Source: an uncultured delta proteobacterium (GTDB lineage: Bacteria > Desulfobacterota > Binatia > UBA9968). Taken from it: DNA of 64,000 nt. Where the stretch lies: positions 96,001-160,000 of the forward strand of contig CAWDPO010000002.1 of NCBI GenBank assembly GCA_963804165.1. Direction: 5' to 3'. This document shows, in pieces, positions 9,937 to 21,107 of the stretch; position 1 is the stretch's first letter; each line of letters opens with the position of its first letter. The position numbers were made by a program, and so were the translations under genes. The notes beneath the pieces are model-generated. The model had not been told where the DNA came from. It made no database searches and was given only the letters and a program-made list of their open reading frames with translations.

Positions 9937-10878
9937 CTAGTCCTGCATGGCGCAGATCCAATTCCATTGATTTGCCAATCCTTCCGCCAACCCGACCTTT
10001 GGTGAATAACCAAGCTTATTTTTCGCCTGGTCGAGGCGTGCCGTTGTGTGGCGTACGTCGCCTTTCTGGCGATCGCTGGACTTAAGCTTTGCCTTGCGCC
10101 CGGAAATTTTCTCGGCGAGTTCGATGGCCTTCAAGAGACTGACTTCTGTCCCCCCTCCCAGATTAAAAACCTCACCCACGCCGGGATATGTCGCCGCCGC
10201 GATGACACCCTCGACGATGTCCTGATAATAGGTAAAATCGCGCGTCTGCCCGCCATCATCGAACAGCGGCACTTCGTCACCGCGCAACAACGCGCGCATA
10301 AATAGATGAAAGAACATATCCGGCCTTTGGCGCGGACCATAAACAGTAAAAAAACGCAGCGAGACCGTCGGCACGGCAAAGGCCTTCCAGTAAAGATGGC
10401 ACAAGTGCTCGGCGGCAAGCTTCGATGCGCCGTAGGGCGAAACCGGCCTCGTCAAACCCTCCTCGCGCATCGGCAGGTCATCCGTATCGCCGTAAACGGA
10501 TGAAGTCGACGCATAGACAAACTTCGCAAGGCGAACGCCTTTTGCCGCTTCCAGTAGAAGCTGGGTCGCCGTGATGTTATTTTCTGTATACCGGGTAAAT
10601 TCTTTACCCCAACTGGCGCGAACCCCGGGCTGGCCCGCGAGATGAAAAACGTAGGTGACGTCGCCTAACAGATGCGGCAAATTCATCTGCAACAAGCTGT
10701 CGCCGACAAACGTAAATCTCTCGCGATGGGCAAAATGAGCGAGATTCTTTTCTTTGAACCGGCGTGGATAGTTATCGAGGAAATTGTCAACCCCGATGAC
10801 TTCGTGGCCCGCCGCCAACAGCTGTTCCGCGAGGTGTGAACCGATAAAACCGGCGACACCCGTAATCAGCGATTTCAC
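9937..10878 (-). CDS. NAD-dependent sugar epimerase/dehydratase (UDP-glucuronate/UDP-glucose 4-epimerase family)
   Basis: TGVAGFIGS, HLAGQPGVR, YGASK and RFFTVYGPRQRPDM motifs. Confidence 0.9.
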   Translation of the reverse strand: MKSLITGVAGFIGSHLAEQLLAAGHEVIGVDNFLDNYPRRFKEKNLAHFAHRERFTFVGDSLLQMNLPHLLGDVTYVFHLAGQPGVRASWGKEFTRYTENNITATQLLLEAAKGVRLAKFVYASTSSVYGDTDDLPMREEGLTRPVSPYGASKLAAEHLCHLYWKAFAVPTVSLRFFTVYGPRQRPDMFFHLFMRALLRGDEVPLFDDGGQTRDFTYYQDIVEGVIAAATYPGVGEVFNLGGGTEVSLLKAIELAEKISGRKAKLKSSDRQKGDVRHTTARLDQAKNKLGYSPKVGLAEGLANQWNWICAMQD

Positions 10879-10942
10879 CGATCGCCCGCTTTCTCAGCGG
10901 CAAAATTGTGATGATTCATACTTGTCTTGAGCCGTTTAACAG

Positions 10943-10970
10943 AGTATACGAGCCGCAGAAATTAAGGCAA
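10943..10970 (-). promoter_or_regulatory. Putative sigma70 promoter for the epimerase/LPS core genes
   Basis: Minus strand TTGCCT-16 bp-TATACT about 65 bp upstream of the epimerase start. Confidence 0.4.
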
Positions 10971-11033
10971 ATATAAATCGCTCCCCTTGATCATGATCGG
11001 ACACCGCTAACAGCTCGAATGTGCAGTTCATGT

Positions 11034-12128
11034 TCAAGTGCCGCTTCGCGATTCCTTAATTTTTTCGACGATCGCATCGACCAGTGCCGCGCCGTTATCT
11101 ACGCTCATCGCGACGCGCAGCGCCAAAAGTTTGTCTTTTGCAAACGGAAACCGCGCCAGCTTTAGAATATCCTTCTCCGTGGTGACGATCAAATCCACCA
11201 ATCGACCGACGCGATTGATTTGCTGCCAATCCCGCGCCGTATACAAGTGGTGGTCAGGAAATTCAAGGGTCTCGACGATCTCGCCCTCCCACTCATGAAT
11301 AAGACGATAGAGTCCCCTGGGATCAGCGACACCGGTCACGGTCAAAATTTTGCTGCGATAGAGAAGCGTCAACGGGAATTCCTTGCGCCGCCCCGACCCC
11401 AGACCCAATAGCGACACCGGTCTCAAGGAGCCGACAAAGGTAACGTTCTGCCGGTCGCGCGGCAGAATCGAACTCCACTCGTCCTTTACCGCGGTAACGA
11501 GTAACAAATCGGCCCGGCGATGATTCCGCCGGGGCTCGCGAAAGGGCCCAGCGGGAAGGGTCCAGCCGTTTGTATCGGAGCCTAAGAGCAGCAAATCAAC
11601 ATTTCTCTTCACGCGCCGATGTTGGAATCCGTCGTCCAAGATAAATACATCAACATCCGCAGCCCGCAACAGCTCAACCGCAGCGGCGCTGCGGTCCTTG
11701 CCGATACCGACGGTCTGACCATATAGCGCCGCCATCATCAACGGCTCATCGCCTGCTTTGGACAGTCCCGCGTCGGTTTCAGCAGTCGAAAAATCTGTGC
11801 TTTGCGGCGGCAAGACGACCGCTTCGGTGGTTTGACGGTGATACCCACGGCTTAAAATTCCGACACTCAATCCCCGTTCTTTCAACTCTTGGGCGATCCA
11901 CAGGCAGGTCGGTGTTTTTCCCGTGCCGCCCACAGTGAGATTGCCAACACTGATCACCGGTTTGGGTAACCGCGCAGATTTCATGCAGCCCAAAGAAAAT
12001 AGCGCGTTGCGCAGCTGCACAAAGGTCATGTACAAAAACGAAACCGGCAATAGCAAAAACCACGTAAGCCCGCCGCGGAATCCTTTCCGCTCCCACACCT
12101 CACGCGCCGACAGAGTCATCATAATCAT
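11034..12128 (-). CDS. lpxK: Tetraacyldisaccharide 4'-kinase
   Basis: SVGNLTVGGTGKTP, LSRGY, GDEP, LDDGFQH, LPAGPFRE, FPDHH and TTEKD motifs. Confidence 0.95.
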   Translation of the reverse strand: MIMMTLSAREVWERKGFRGGLTWFLLLPVSFLYMTFVQLRNALFSLGCMKSARLPKPVISVGNLTVGGTGKTPTCLWIAQELKERGLSVGILSRGYHRQTTEAVVLPPQSTDFSTAETDAGLSKAGDEPLMMAALYGQTVGIGKDRSAAAVELLRAADVDVFILDDGFQHRRVKRNVDLLLLGSDTNGWTLPAGPFREPRRNHRRADLLLVTAVKDEWSSILPRDRQNVTFVGSLRPVSLLGLGSGRRKEFPLTLLYRSKILTVTGVADPRGLYRLIHEWEGEIVETLEFPDHHLYTARDWQQINRVGRLVDLIVTTEKDILKLARFPFAKDKLLALRVAMSVDNGAALVDAIVEKIKESRSGT

Positions 12129-12173
12129 TTAATGCATGGCGAGTGCTCTTTGATCCGTTCCCTGGTCAGCCCG

Positions 12174-13442
12174 TCACAGATAACGCTGCGCCAACGAAAA
12201 GTTGCGCGCGAAAGCGTCGCGGTTCGCGCCCGCGAACTCAGACGCGCGTCTACCCATCTGGAGACGCGCGTCTGAATCGGCCAAGAGGCTAATCAATACA
12301 CTGGCTAAATGGTCTGCGTCCTGGACCTCGATCGCGGCGCCGCTCCGCTTCATTCCTGCGGCGATGGATTCGAAATTACTCATATAGCGGCCGAACAGCA
12401 CCGGCTTTTCAAATCGCGCCGGCTCTAGAACATTGTGGCCTCCCACGTCGACCAAACTGCCGCCGACAAAAGCAACATCCGCGGCGGCAAAAAAGTCGGA
12501 CAATTCGCCGACCGTGTCGAGCAGCAAGATATCTTTTTCAAAGTATTTCTCAGGCTGAACTTGGCTTTTCCGATGAAATGCAAACGGACTGTTTTTCAGT
12601 AACTTCTCCACTTCGGCGAAGCGTTCAGGATGACGCGGCGCCAAAACCATCGTCAGTGCCGGAAACTGCTCTCGCGCTAACGCCAATACCCGGAGCAAAA
12701 TTTCCTCTTCGCCGCGATGGGAACTCCCAGCCACAAGCAGTTGGCCGCCCGGACCTCGAGCCGAGACGATGCTTCGGCAACGCTCGTCGACACTCTCCGA
12801 GGCAAATTTTAGACTTCCGGCCACTGCGACTTTGGTTTCGTCCGCCCCGAGCTTTTGAATCCGCACTGCGTCCTCCGGCGACTGCATGCCGAAGAATGTG
12901 AAATACCCGAGTACCTGATAAAAAAAACGCCGCCAGACGAAATACCGTGAAAAGGCTTTCGGTGAAAGACGTCCGCTCAGCAGTAGAGTCGGGATGCCGC
13001 AACGATATGATTCACGCACCAGATTCGGCCAAATTTCCGTTTCTATGAACACCAGCAGGGAGGGTTGGATTCTCGCCAACGCGCCACGCACGATCCAGTC
13101 GAAGTCCAAAGGCAGAAAAATCGCCGCATCAACACCCTCCATTTGTCGCGCTAGCCGATTGCCGGTCGCGGTGAATGTAGAAATCAGGACTTTTCGCCCC
13201 GGACACGCCGCCTTAAGCGCCCGCAACAGGGCGCCGGCAGCGCGGACTTCGCCGACCGATGCCGCATGGATCCATACGGGTTGGAGCCCCGCCAAACCGG
13301 CAAACAAATCTTGAGGATAAAATCCAAATCGTTGGCCGAGACCATCTCGATAACGCGGTCCGAGCACTAGGATGAACGGCAGCAACGGCAGCGCCGCCAC
13401 GAACACAATCATTAGGGCAATGTTATAGAGCAAATACCACAC
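12174..13442 (-). CDS. waaA: Kdo transferase
   Basis: WIHAASVGE, ETEIWPN, APRHPER and GGHNVLEPA motifs. Confidence 0.95.
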   Translation of the reverse strand: MWYLLYNIALMIVFVAALPLLPFILVLGPRYRDGLGQRFGFYPQDLFAGLAGLQPVWIHAASVGEVRAAGALLRALKAACPGRKVLISTFTATGNRLARQMEGVDAAIFLPLDFDWIVRGALARIQPSLLVFIETEIWPNLVRESYRCGIPTLLLSGRLSPKAFSRYFVWRRFFYQVLGYFTFFGMQSPEDAVRIQKLGADETKVAVAGSLKFASESVDERCRSIVSARGPGGQLLVAGSSHRGEEEILLRVLALAREQFPALTMVLAPRHPERFAEVEKLLKNSPFAFHRKSQVQPEKYFEKDILLLDTVGELSDFFAAADVAFVGGSLVDVGGHNVLEPARFEKPVLFGRYMSNFESIAAGMKRSGAAIEVQDADHLASVLISLLADSDARLQMGRRASEFAGANRDAFARNFSLAQRYL

Positions 13443-13456
13443 GAGAATTTCCGAAG

Positions 13457-15219
13457 TTAATGTAAGATCTCGCGCTCTTCAGTGTTACGGTCTTCAAGCG
13501 CCTGGATCGAGTAGAGTCGGCTGTACTCGCCATTTCGAGCGAGCAGTTCTTCGTGGGTTCCCTCTTCCGCTACGGCGCCATCAACCATGACGACGATCCG
13601 ATCGGCTCTGCGCACCGTCGACAATCGATGGGCGATAACGATGGTCGTTCGCGTGGCCATGAGATTTTCCAGGGCATCCTGCACCAAGCGCTCCGAATCC
13701 GCATCGAGCGCCGACGTCGCTTCATCAAGAATCAGAATCGGCGCGTTCTTGAGCAGCGCTCGCGCGATGGCAAGACGTTGGCGCTGCCCGCCGGAAAGTT
13801 GCATACCCATTTCCCCAATCACGCGAATCATAGCCCTTAGGCATAGCCACGATAAACTCATGCGCGTGCGCCGCCTTGGCCGCCGCGATGACAGCAGTCA
13901 AATCCCGATCCGGGGTCGCCGTAGGCGATGTTATTTCTCACCGTATCGTTGAATAGAAACGTGTGTTGGGTGACAATGCCGATTTGCGCGCGCAGCGAAC
14001 GAACGGTTATGTCGCGAACATCAACGCCGTCGAGTGTGATTTGTCCTGTGCCGACGTCGTAGAATCTTGGGATCAAGTCGACCAGCGTGCTCTTCCCCAC
14101 TCCGCTCATCCCGACTAGCGCCACCCTCTGTCCGGCTTCGATGGTCAGATTAATATCCTTCAGCACCGGCGCGTCGCCATAGGCGAAATTGACATCGTGA
14201 AACTCGATCCTTTCTCGAAACGGCGCCGCCTCCCTCGCGTCGGCCTTATCGGCAATTGCCGGTTACTCATCGAAATTTCGAAGACGCGCTCGGCGCCGGC
14301 GAGGCCCTGATGCACGGACGTGTAAGTCCGAGCTTAACCCTTTGAAGGGCCCGTACATTAGAAACATCGCAGCCATGAAAGCCATAAATTCGCCTTGCGT
14401 GCGTCCTCCGTCGATGACACTCCAACCGCCGTACCAAACCACGCCGCCGATCGCCGAAAGACGCCAGCAGTTCCATTGCCGGCGCGACGATCGACTTTAT
14501 TCTGCTTGCGCGTAATGATTGCTTAAAGAGCTGCCAGTTCTCCGCCATGAAGCGGTGGTCTTCGTAGCTGTTCCATGCCGAACGCTTTGACAATGCGATT
14601 GCCCTGAATACTTTCCTGTAAGAGCGAGGTCAGCATGCCGGTACTGACCTGGCCGCGCCGGGTGAATTGTTTGATCTTCCTACTGAGTCGCATGACCGGC
14701 AGCACTGACGCCGGAAAGACAAAAAAAGCGATAGAAGCGAACACCCAGTCCTTCATGAAGGCGACGAACGATCAGCACCACGAGCGACGTCACGTCTTTC
14801 ATCACCGATGCCAGAGCGTCGGTGATCGAGTAACGCATCAGCGAACATCGCTGATGAACCCTGGCGATCAGCGTTCCGGTCGGGATTCCGATGAAAAAAC
14901 GACAGCGGAAAGCGATAGGAAATGGCGGTTGAGGCTGTTTCGAACATCATTGATAATCCTCAGACCGACGTAATCATTGAGATAGCTCTGGCCAAAATTC
15001 ATAAACCACGAAAGGCGAAGATCCGACCACGATAACCGGCAATAGTTCAACAGCGCGCTTCGATCCTTGCGCGCAAAAACGTCATCCATGATCCGCTGGA
15101 CTAAGAAACGGAATCACCCCGTCGGTGGCGCCAAAGCCGATCATGCAGAGCAGCCCCAAGGCAAAATAGGGCCAAATATAGGGTTTTAAATAAATTAATA
15201 GCCGAAGGTAATACTTCAC
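13457..15219 (-). CDS. msbA: Lipid A export ABC transporter, several frameshifts
   Basis: Fragments give the TM domain, Walker [18 protein letters not shown] and ILDEATS; lies between lpxB and waaA. Confidence 0.85.
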
Positions 15220-15229
15220 CGATTCACTC

Positions 15230-16386
15230 ACGATCTAATCTCATCGCATCATCGGTCATGGCGAGATCAGCAACCCGTCCCGCCGCGCCGGGCGACGCCG
15301 AAACGATCGCGCAGCTTGCGCGAGTTTTTCAGCGAGGCCGCGGCGCAGTATTATCGTCGTCGAATAAAAGACCGGCTTTCCGCCCAGACGATCGACCGAC
15401 ATCGTTTTGGAGCAGTTCCGGCACCACTCTTTCCTGGGCAACAAGATTGACCATGCCGAAATGTTCGACCCGCACGAGAAGCATCGCCAAGCCAGGTGAG
15501 CCAGGACACGCGATAAACGATAATCATCGGTGTGCCGAGTAGCCGATTTCGACGTCGCCGTGCCCGACGCCGTCCAGGCCAGATCGGCCGCATTGATTGC
15601 ATTATAGCGATCACTTCCACACTAGGATGGCTCGTTGGCTGTCCCGAACGCGCCTCGCAGATTTCGCTCATCTCGATGGTGCTCGCGCGCAGGCAAAAAA
15701 ATTGAACTATTACATTTCTGCTGCAACTGAAACGCTGCGTCGCGCATCACCCGAGGTGGCGGCTCACCTCGCCAGTCCGACTACCCGGTAAGAGCGCAAT
15801 GGTCAATTTTTTTGGATCCGAGTCCGAGCCTCGTCAAGACGTCTTTTCGCGGCTTTCAGTCGCTTTCACGCTTTCGAACAAGAGGATGGCCGACAAAGGT
15901 GGTATTTACCCGATGGCGCCGGTAAAAAGCCTCTTCAAAGGGAAACACCACCGCCATATGATCGACTCAGCGGGCGATTATTTTTACCCGTCCTTTGCGC
16001 CACGCCCATATCTGCGGGCTGATGTAGTAAAGAACCGGAATGCCCAATGTTTTAGCGACCCGCGCCAAACGCAAATTAAAATCCGGGAAAGTCGATCAAC
16101 ACCAACAAATTCGGCCGCCGTGCTGATCAATGCCTCGCTTGAGCAGATCGGTAGGCGCGCCAAACATTTTTGAATTTGCCGGCCAATTCGGTGAAACCCA
16201 TGCCGGTCAATTGGGCGACATTGAACAACGGTTCAAAATTGCGTCGCTGAAGTTGCCGCACCGGCCACGCCAAACACTTTCAAGGTCGCATCCCGTTGAT
16301 GCAACGCGTCGACGAATTGCGCGCCATGACGCGTCACCCGACGCTTCGCCGACCACGAGCATAATCTGTTTGGGCGAATCTGCCAC
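15230..16386 (-). CDS. lpxB: Lipid-A-disaccharide synthase, heavily frameshifted (end approximate)
   Basis: [11 protein letters not shown] start, [21 protein letters not shown] and [10 protein letters not shown] fragments across frames. Confidence 0.8.
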
Positions 16387-16419
16387 GATGGGGAGAATCA
16401 CGGCGAGAGCTCAAAGCTG

Positions 16420-17342
16420 TTAACTGATCAATCGAGGCGATCTCCAGCGCGCGCAACGCTTCGGCGCCGCCGACCAACGGCAGCGTCCGAGCCGCCACGC
16501 AATCGAGAAAGGAATCGATCTCATCGGCCAAAGCATCACCGTCCTTGATTTCGATATTCTCGGCGCGAATGTCGAGCCATCCGGCGCCGGGCGCCGGTTT
16601 GTGATAAATCTGTGCCCGGCGTTGGTCGTAGTCGATCGAAATATAAGCATCGGATTGAAAAAATCGCATCTTGCGCTCCCGCTTGAGCGAAACCCGACTT
16701 GAGGTCACGTTGGCGATGCAGCCATTGGCAAAGTTGATACGCGCGTTGGCAATATCCGGCTTGTCGGTAAGCACCGGCACACCGACGGCTTCGACGCGCA
16801 CTACCGGCGAGCGTACCAAACTCGCAATCACGTCGATATCATGAATCATCAGATCAAGACCACGTCGACATCGGTGCCACGCTCGATAAACGGCGCCAAG
16901 CGATGGCACTCAACGAACTTTGGACTTTTGATGACTCCTTCGAGGCGGCGGATCGCCGGGTTGAAGCGTTCAAGATGACCGACTTGCAGAAGCACGTTTT
17001 TCTGCTGCGCCGCTCGCGACCAATTCGCGCGCCTCGTCAATGTCCGCGGTCAAGCGGTTTTTCCACCAAAACATCGATGCCGGCGTCGATGAAGTCGCGC
17101 GCCACCTGATAATGAAAGCGCGTTGGCACGGCGATGCTGACGCACTTTACCCGGCCAAACAACTCCCGATAATCGGTCAATGCCCCGACGCCAACCGCGG
17201 CGCCGATTTCTTTGGCGCGAGCTTCGTCAGTGTCGGCAACCGCGACCAGGTTTGCTTTTGCCGATGCGGCATATTTCTCGGCGTGGAACTTGCCGAGATA
17301 GCCGACGCCGACGACGCCGACGTTGATTTTATTGCCTGCCAC
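16420..17342 (-). CDS. Gfo/Idh/MocA oxidoreductase, GnnA-like (UDP-GlcNAc 3-dehydrogenase), frameshifted
   Basis: GVVGVGYLGKFHA, VLVEKP, QVGHLERFNPA and DLMIHDID; position between lpxI and lpxB. Confidence 0.75.
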
Positions 17343-17344
17343 GG

Positions 17345-18170
17345 TCAATGAGTTATGAATCTGCGCTGACGCCGACGACGCGATCCCATAAGCGTCGGCG
17401 TGGCCCAATAAGGCTTTCTTTCTCCAGCAAGATCGTCTTGCCGGCTTCCACGCCAAAACGTCGCCGCCGCACTGGTGCAGCAGAACGATGGTGTCGACCC
17501 CACGGCCGGCACGTCGAAGCGCAGATCCTGCTGCGGCTTACTTACTTTGACCACCACGCATCCCGATTTGGCCAGCGCTCCGCCGCGCTTGATCGCCGCA
17601 TCGGTTCCTTCCACCGCTTCGACCGCCACGACCACTTGATTCTTCACGACGACGGTTTGGCCGATACCCAGACGGCCGATTTCCTTTGCGATCCGAAAAC
17701 CCAGCTCGATATCGTCCCACTCCTCTGGCGCGGCTCGCGTTTGGTCAAGACCCTGCCCGCGCAAATGATTTGCGGACAAACAGAGCGTCGATTCCAAGAA
17801 TCCGAATGCCCTCTCAAGCTAGCTCATCGGCGATACCGCGTAACAGTGCGTCGTCCTCGCGGCTTTTCAGTTTGGCTAAAAAGCGCACGCCGCGGAGATC
17901 CGGCCGAAAATTGCCGAATAGTTTCACTTTGCGGATGCCGCCGGCCATCACCGCCTCGGTGACCGCCGCTGCGTTGAAACAGTGCGAATAATTTTACCGA
18001 GCTGGCCGACATAAATCCAAGTCGATTCGTCGGCGATGTCTATCAATCTCATTTTCCGTTTCGCCGTCGATGCGCCACCGCGATCACGCGAATAACCTTG
18101 CGCGTTTTGCCTCCTCGGCAAAAATGAGCGGAAACTTGCCATTGCCCGCGATTAACCCTAATTTCTTCAC
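17345..18170 (-). CDS. lpxI: UDP-2,3-diacylglucosamine pyrophosphatase, frameshifted
   Basis: KKLGLIAGNGKFP start, IGQTVVVK, AVEAVEGTD and KPQQDLRFDVPAVG motifs. Confidence 0.9.
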
Positions 18171-18225
18171 GGCGGTAAGCAGAATTGCTCGAGACCACCG
18201 GAGCATTGAGAAAATAGATTCAAAG

Positions 18226-19009
18226 CTAGCGGCAAACTCCCCGCTGCGACGTGCGCAATGAACGAAACGAATTCTTCGATTTCAGCAATGGCAGGCAATT
18301 CCTGGCGGATCCTATTCAACGCGTCCTCGGTTCTTGAGCTTGGATTGAAAGCGATCCGGTAGGCTTTGCGAATCGATGTCAATGACCGTTTTATCAAAGC
18401 CCCGCCGTTTGAGTCCCTCGATATTTAGGCCGTGCAGCTTGGCGCGGTCGCCGGTGGCATTGCAGTACGGTGGAACGTCTTTCGAGACCATCGAGCCGGC
18501 GCCCAAGATCGCGCCCGTGCCGATACGGACGAACTGATGAATGCCGACCAGACCGCCAACGATGACGAAGTCTTCAATCGATCACATGGCCGCCCAACGT
18601 CGCGCCGTTGGCGATGACGTTGCGGTTGCCGACGATGCAGTCGTGCGCGATGTGGCAATACATCATGAATAGATTTTGATCGCCCACGCGCGTCACCATG
18701 CCGCCGCCGCGTGGTTCCCGGATTGAGCGACACATATTCTCGAATGGTGTTGCGATTGCCAATGATCAGTTCGCTCGGCTCGCCTTTATACTTGAGATCC
18801 TGCGGCACGGAGCCTACGCTGGCGAATGGGAAAACTACATTGCCTCGCCCAAAGTCGTCCGCCCTTGAATGACGGCATGAGAATGAATCTTGCTGCCTTT
18901 GCCGATCTTTGACTCCCGCGCCGATGACACTGAATAGGGGCCGATTTCAACGTCGCTGTCCAAGTTCGGCGTGGGGATCGACGATCGCGGTAGGATGCAT
19001 GTGGCTCAT
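18226..19009 (-). CDS. lpxA: UDP-N-acetylglucosamine acyltransferase, frameshifted
   Basis: [28 protein letters not shown] and DVPPY...[12 protein letters not shown]. Confidence 0.9.
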
Positions 19010-19015
19010 GTCACG

Positions 19016-19470
19016 TCAAAGACTCCTTACGTCATCTCCACTTCCATGGCCGAGATTTCGGCCTGAGCTGACCACTTTACCATCGACTGAGGCGACTGCC
19101 CTGCATCTTCCAGAACGGAGCCGCGCCGTTTGATGCAGGTCAATTCCATGCGCAATTGATCGCCCGGGCTCCACCGGTCGTTTGAATTTGACTTTATCGA
19201 GTCCGGTCAGACACAAATACTTTGTTTTCCGCCATGCCGCCGCGCGCATTATGAGCGAAAATCGCGCCCACTTGGGCCATCGCTTCGCAGATCAGCACTC
19301 CTGGCATCACCGGCCGTTGGGGAAAATGGCCCTGAAAAAAATTGCTCATTGATCGAAACATTTTTGATGCCGACAATTTTTTCGTCGCCGTGGATTTCCA
19401 AGATTCGGTCGACCAGCAAGAACGGATAACGGTGCGGGATAAATTTGAAGATTTCCTTAACGTCCAGCAT
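19016..19470 (-). CDS. fabZ: 3-hydroxyacyl-ACP dehydratase, frameshifted
   Basis: [13 protein letters not shown] and [23 protein letters not shown]. Confidence 0.9.
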
Positions 19471-20549
19471 CGCGATCGAGTCTCCTTTTCCGCCTCTCTT
19501 AAGCAGCCGCGCCAGCTGTTTCTCCAAACTGCGCACGGTACTCCAAAGTTTCGGCAGCTGGGGCAGCAGCAGTCATCACCTTTAACCACTCATGATGCGG
19601 CGCAGCCGCGATGCCCCCAGATAAGAACGGCGCCTGCGGAGCAACAGATTGCGGAATTCCCGATTGCGGTCCAATCGATTGCGCCGTCGCCGATCTCAAT
19701 ATGATTGACGATGCCCACTTGTCCGGCCAGCGTAACGTTTCTTCCTAACCGCGTGCTGCCGGCGATCCCGCCTGAGCCGCGACCACCGAATACTCGCCGA
19801 CAACCACATTGTGGGCGATCTGCACCAGGTTATCGATCTTCGCGCCGCGAGCCGATCACGGTTCGCCCGAGCGTCGCGCGGTCGACCGTGGTGTTCGCGC
19901 CGATTTCGACATCGTCTTCGATCGACAACGATGCCCGACCTGGGGAATTTTGATACGATATTCGCCGGCACCCGCGTAACCGAAATCCATCGCTGCCGAT
20001 CACAACGCCCGCGTGCAGAATGACCCGTTCTCCCAACCGGCACCCGTCGCGCACGACGACGTTGGGATGAAGCGTACAATCAGCGCCGATCTGTGAATCC
20101 GCGCCAAGAAACACGCCGGGGAAAAGCACGGTCCCCTTGCCGATTCGCACGCGGGGTCCGACAAATACATTGGGAAAGACCGTCACGCCCGCCGATAACC
20201 GCGCTGCGATCGATATGAGCTTGGGACTCAAATCGCCGCTGAATTGCGGCGCGGGATGAAAAGGGTTGAAGAATTTTTGCGAAGGCGACGTACGGATCCG
20301 CGGTCTCGATAAATATTTAAGTCGCGGCGCTTTAGTCGCTTTCGCTCGACAACACCGGGGCCGACAATTACCGCGCTAGCGCGGCACTGGGGCAAGAAGC
20401 GTTGATAGCGCGGGTTGGTAAGAAAAGTGATTTCGCCCGGGACCGGCCCGTCGATCGGCGCGACTCTTATGAATGATGACACTTCCGTCTCCGATAACTT
20501 TGCCTCCGACATGAGTGGGCGAGATCGCTGAGCGTTTGCGAATCGTCAC
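19470..20549 (-). CDS. lpxD: UDP-3-O-acylglucosamine N-acyltransferase, frameshifted (ends approximate)
   Basis: ITFLTNPRY, hexapeptide repeats, VIGSDGF and [19 protein letters not shown]. Confidence 0.9.
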
Positions 20550-21061
20550 TTATTTTTTGGCCCGGCTATTATAGGATTCGATCACCTTGCTGGTGATATC
20601 CGATGCCTTGGTCGCTAAAAAGAATTTGCGATTTTTCGAAGATGAGCGTGAACTTTTCAGCTTTGCCGACTTCGTTAACGATCTGTTCGAGTTCCTTAAG
20701 AATATCGCCCATCATCTCGTTGTTCTTTTGCTGCAGGTCGTCTGATAATCGCCCATGGTGCGTTGCAAGGTGACTGAACGTTTTTGTAGATCCGCCTCAA
20801 GATTGCGCCGCTCTTCGTCTTTCAACAGCGGGCCCTTTTTTTCGATATCGCTCTTTATGCGATCGAGATCTTGCCGTTCTTTTTGGATATCCGCTTCGGC
20901 CTTTTTTATCTGCGCCTGGAATCTTTCTTTAGCCCGTTTCCGGCCTGCGAATCGGCAATGACCCGCTGGATATCGACAAATCCAATCTTTATGCGTTCCT
21001 GAGCAGACGCGACCGAACAAGAAAGTAACAGCGCCCCGATTGCAAGCAGCCAGTATTTCAC
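20550..21061 (-). CDS. skp: Periplasmic chaperone OmpH/Skp, frameshifted
   Basis: Signal peptide, KIGFVDIQRVI, coiled coil, DITSKVI C-terminus; between bamA and lpxD. Confidence 0.85.
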
Positions 21062-21107
21062 TAAGACCTCCGGAACTGGTTGATGAATTGATGAGAATGA
21101 AGTGCCT

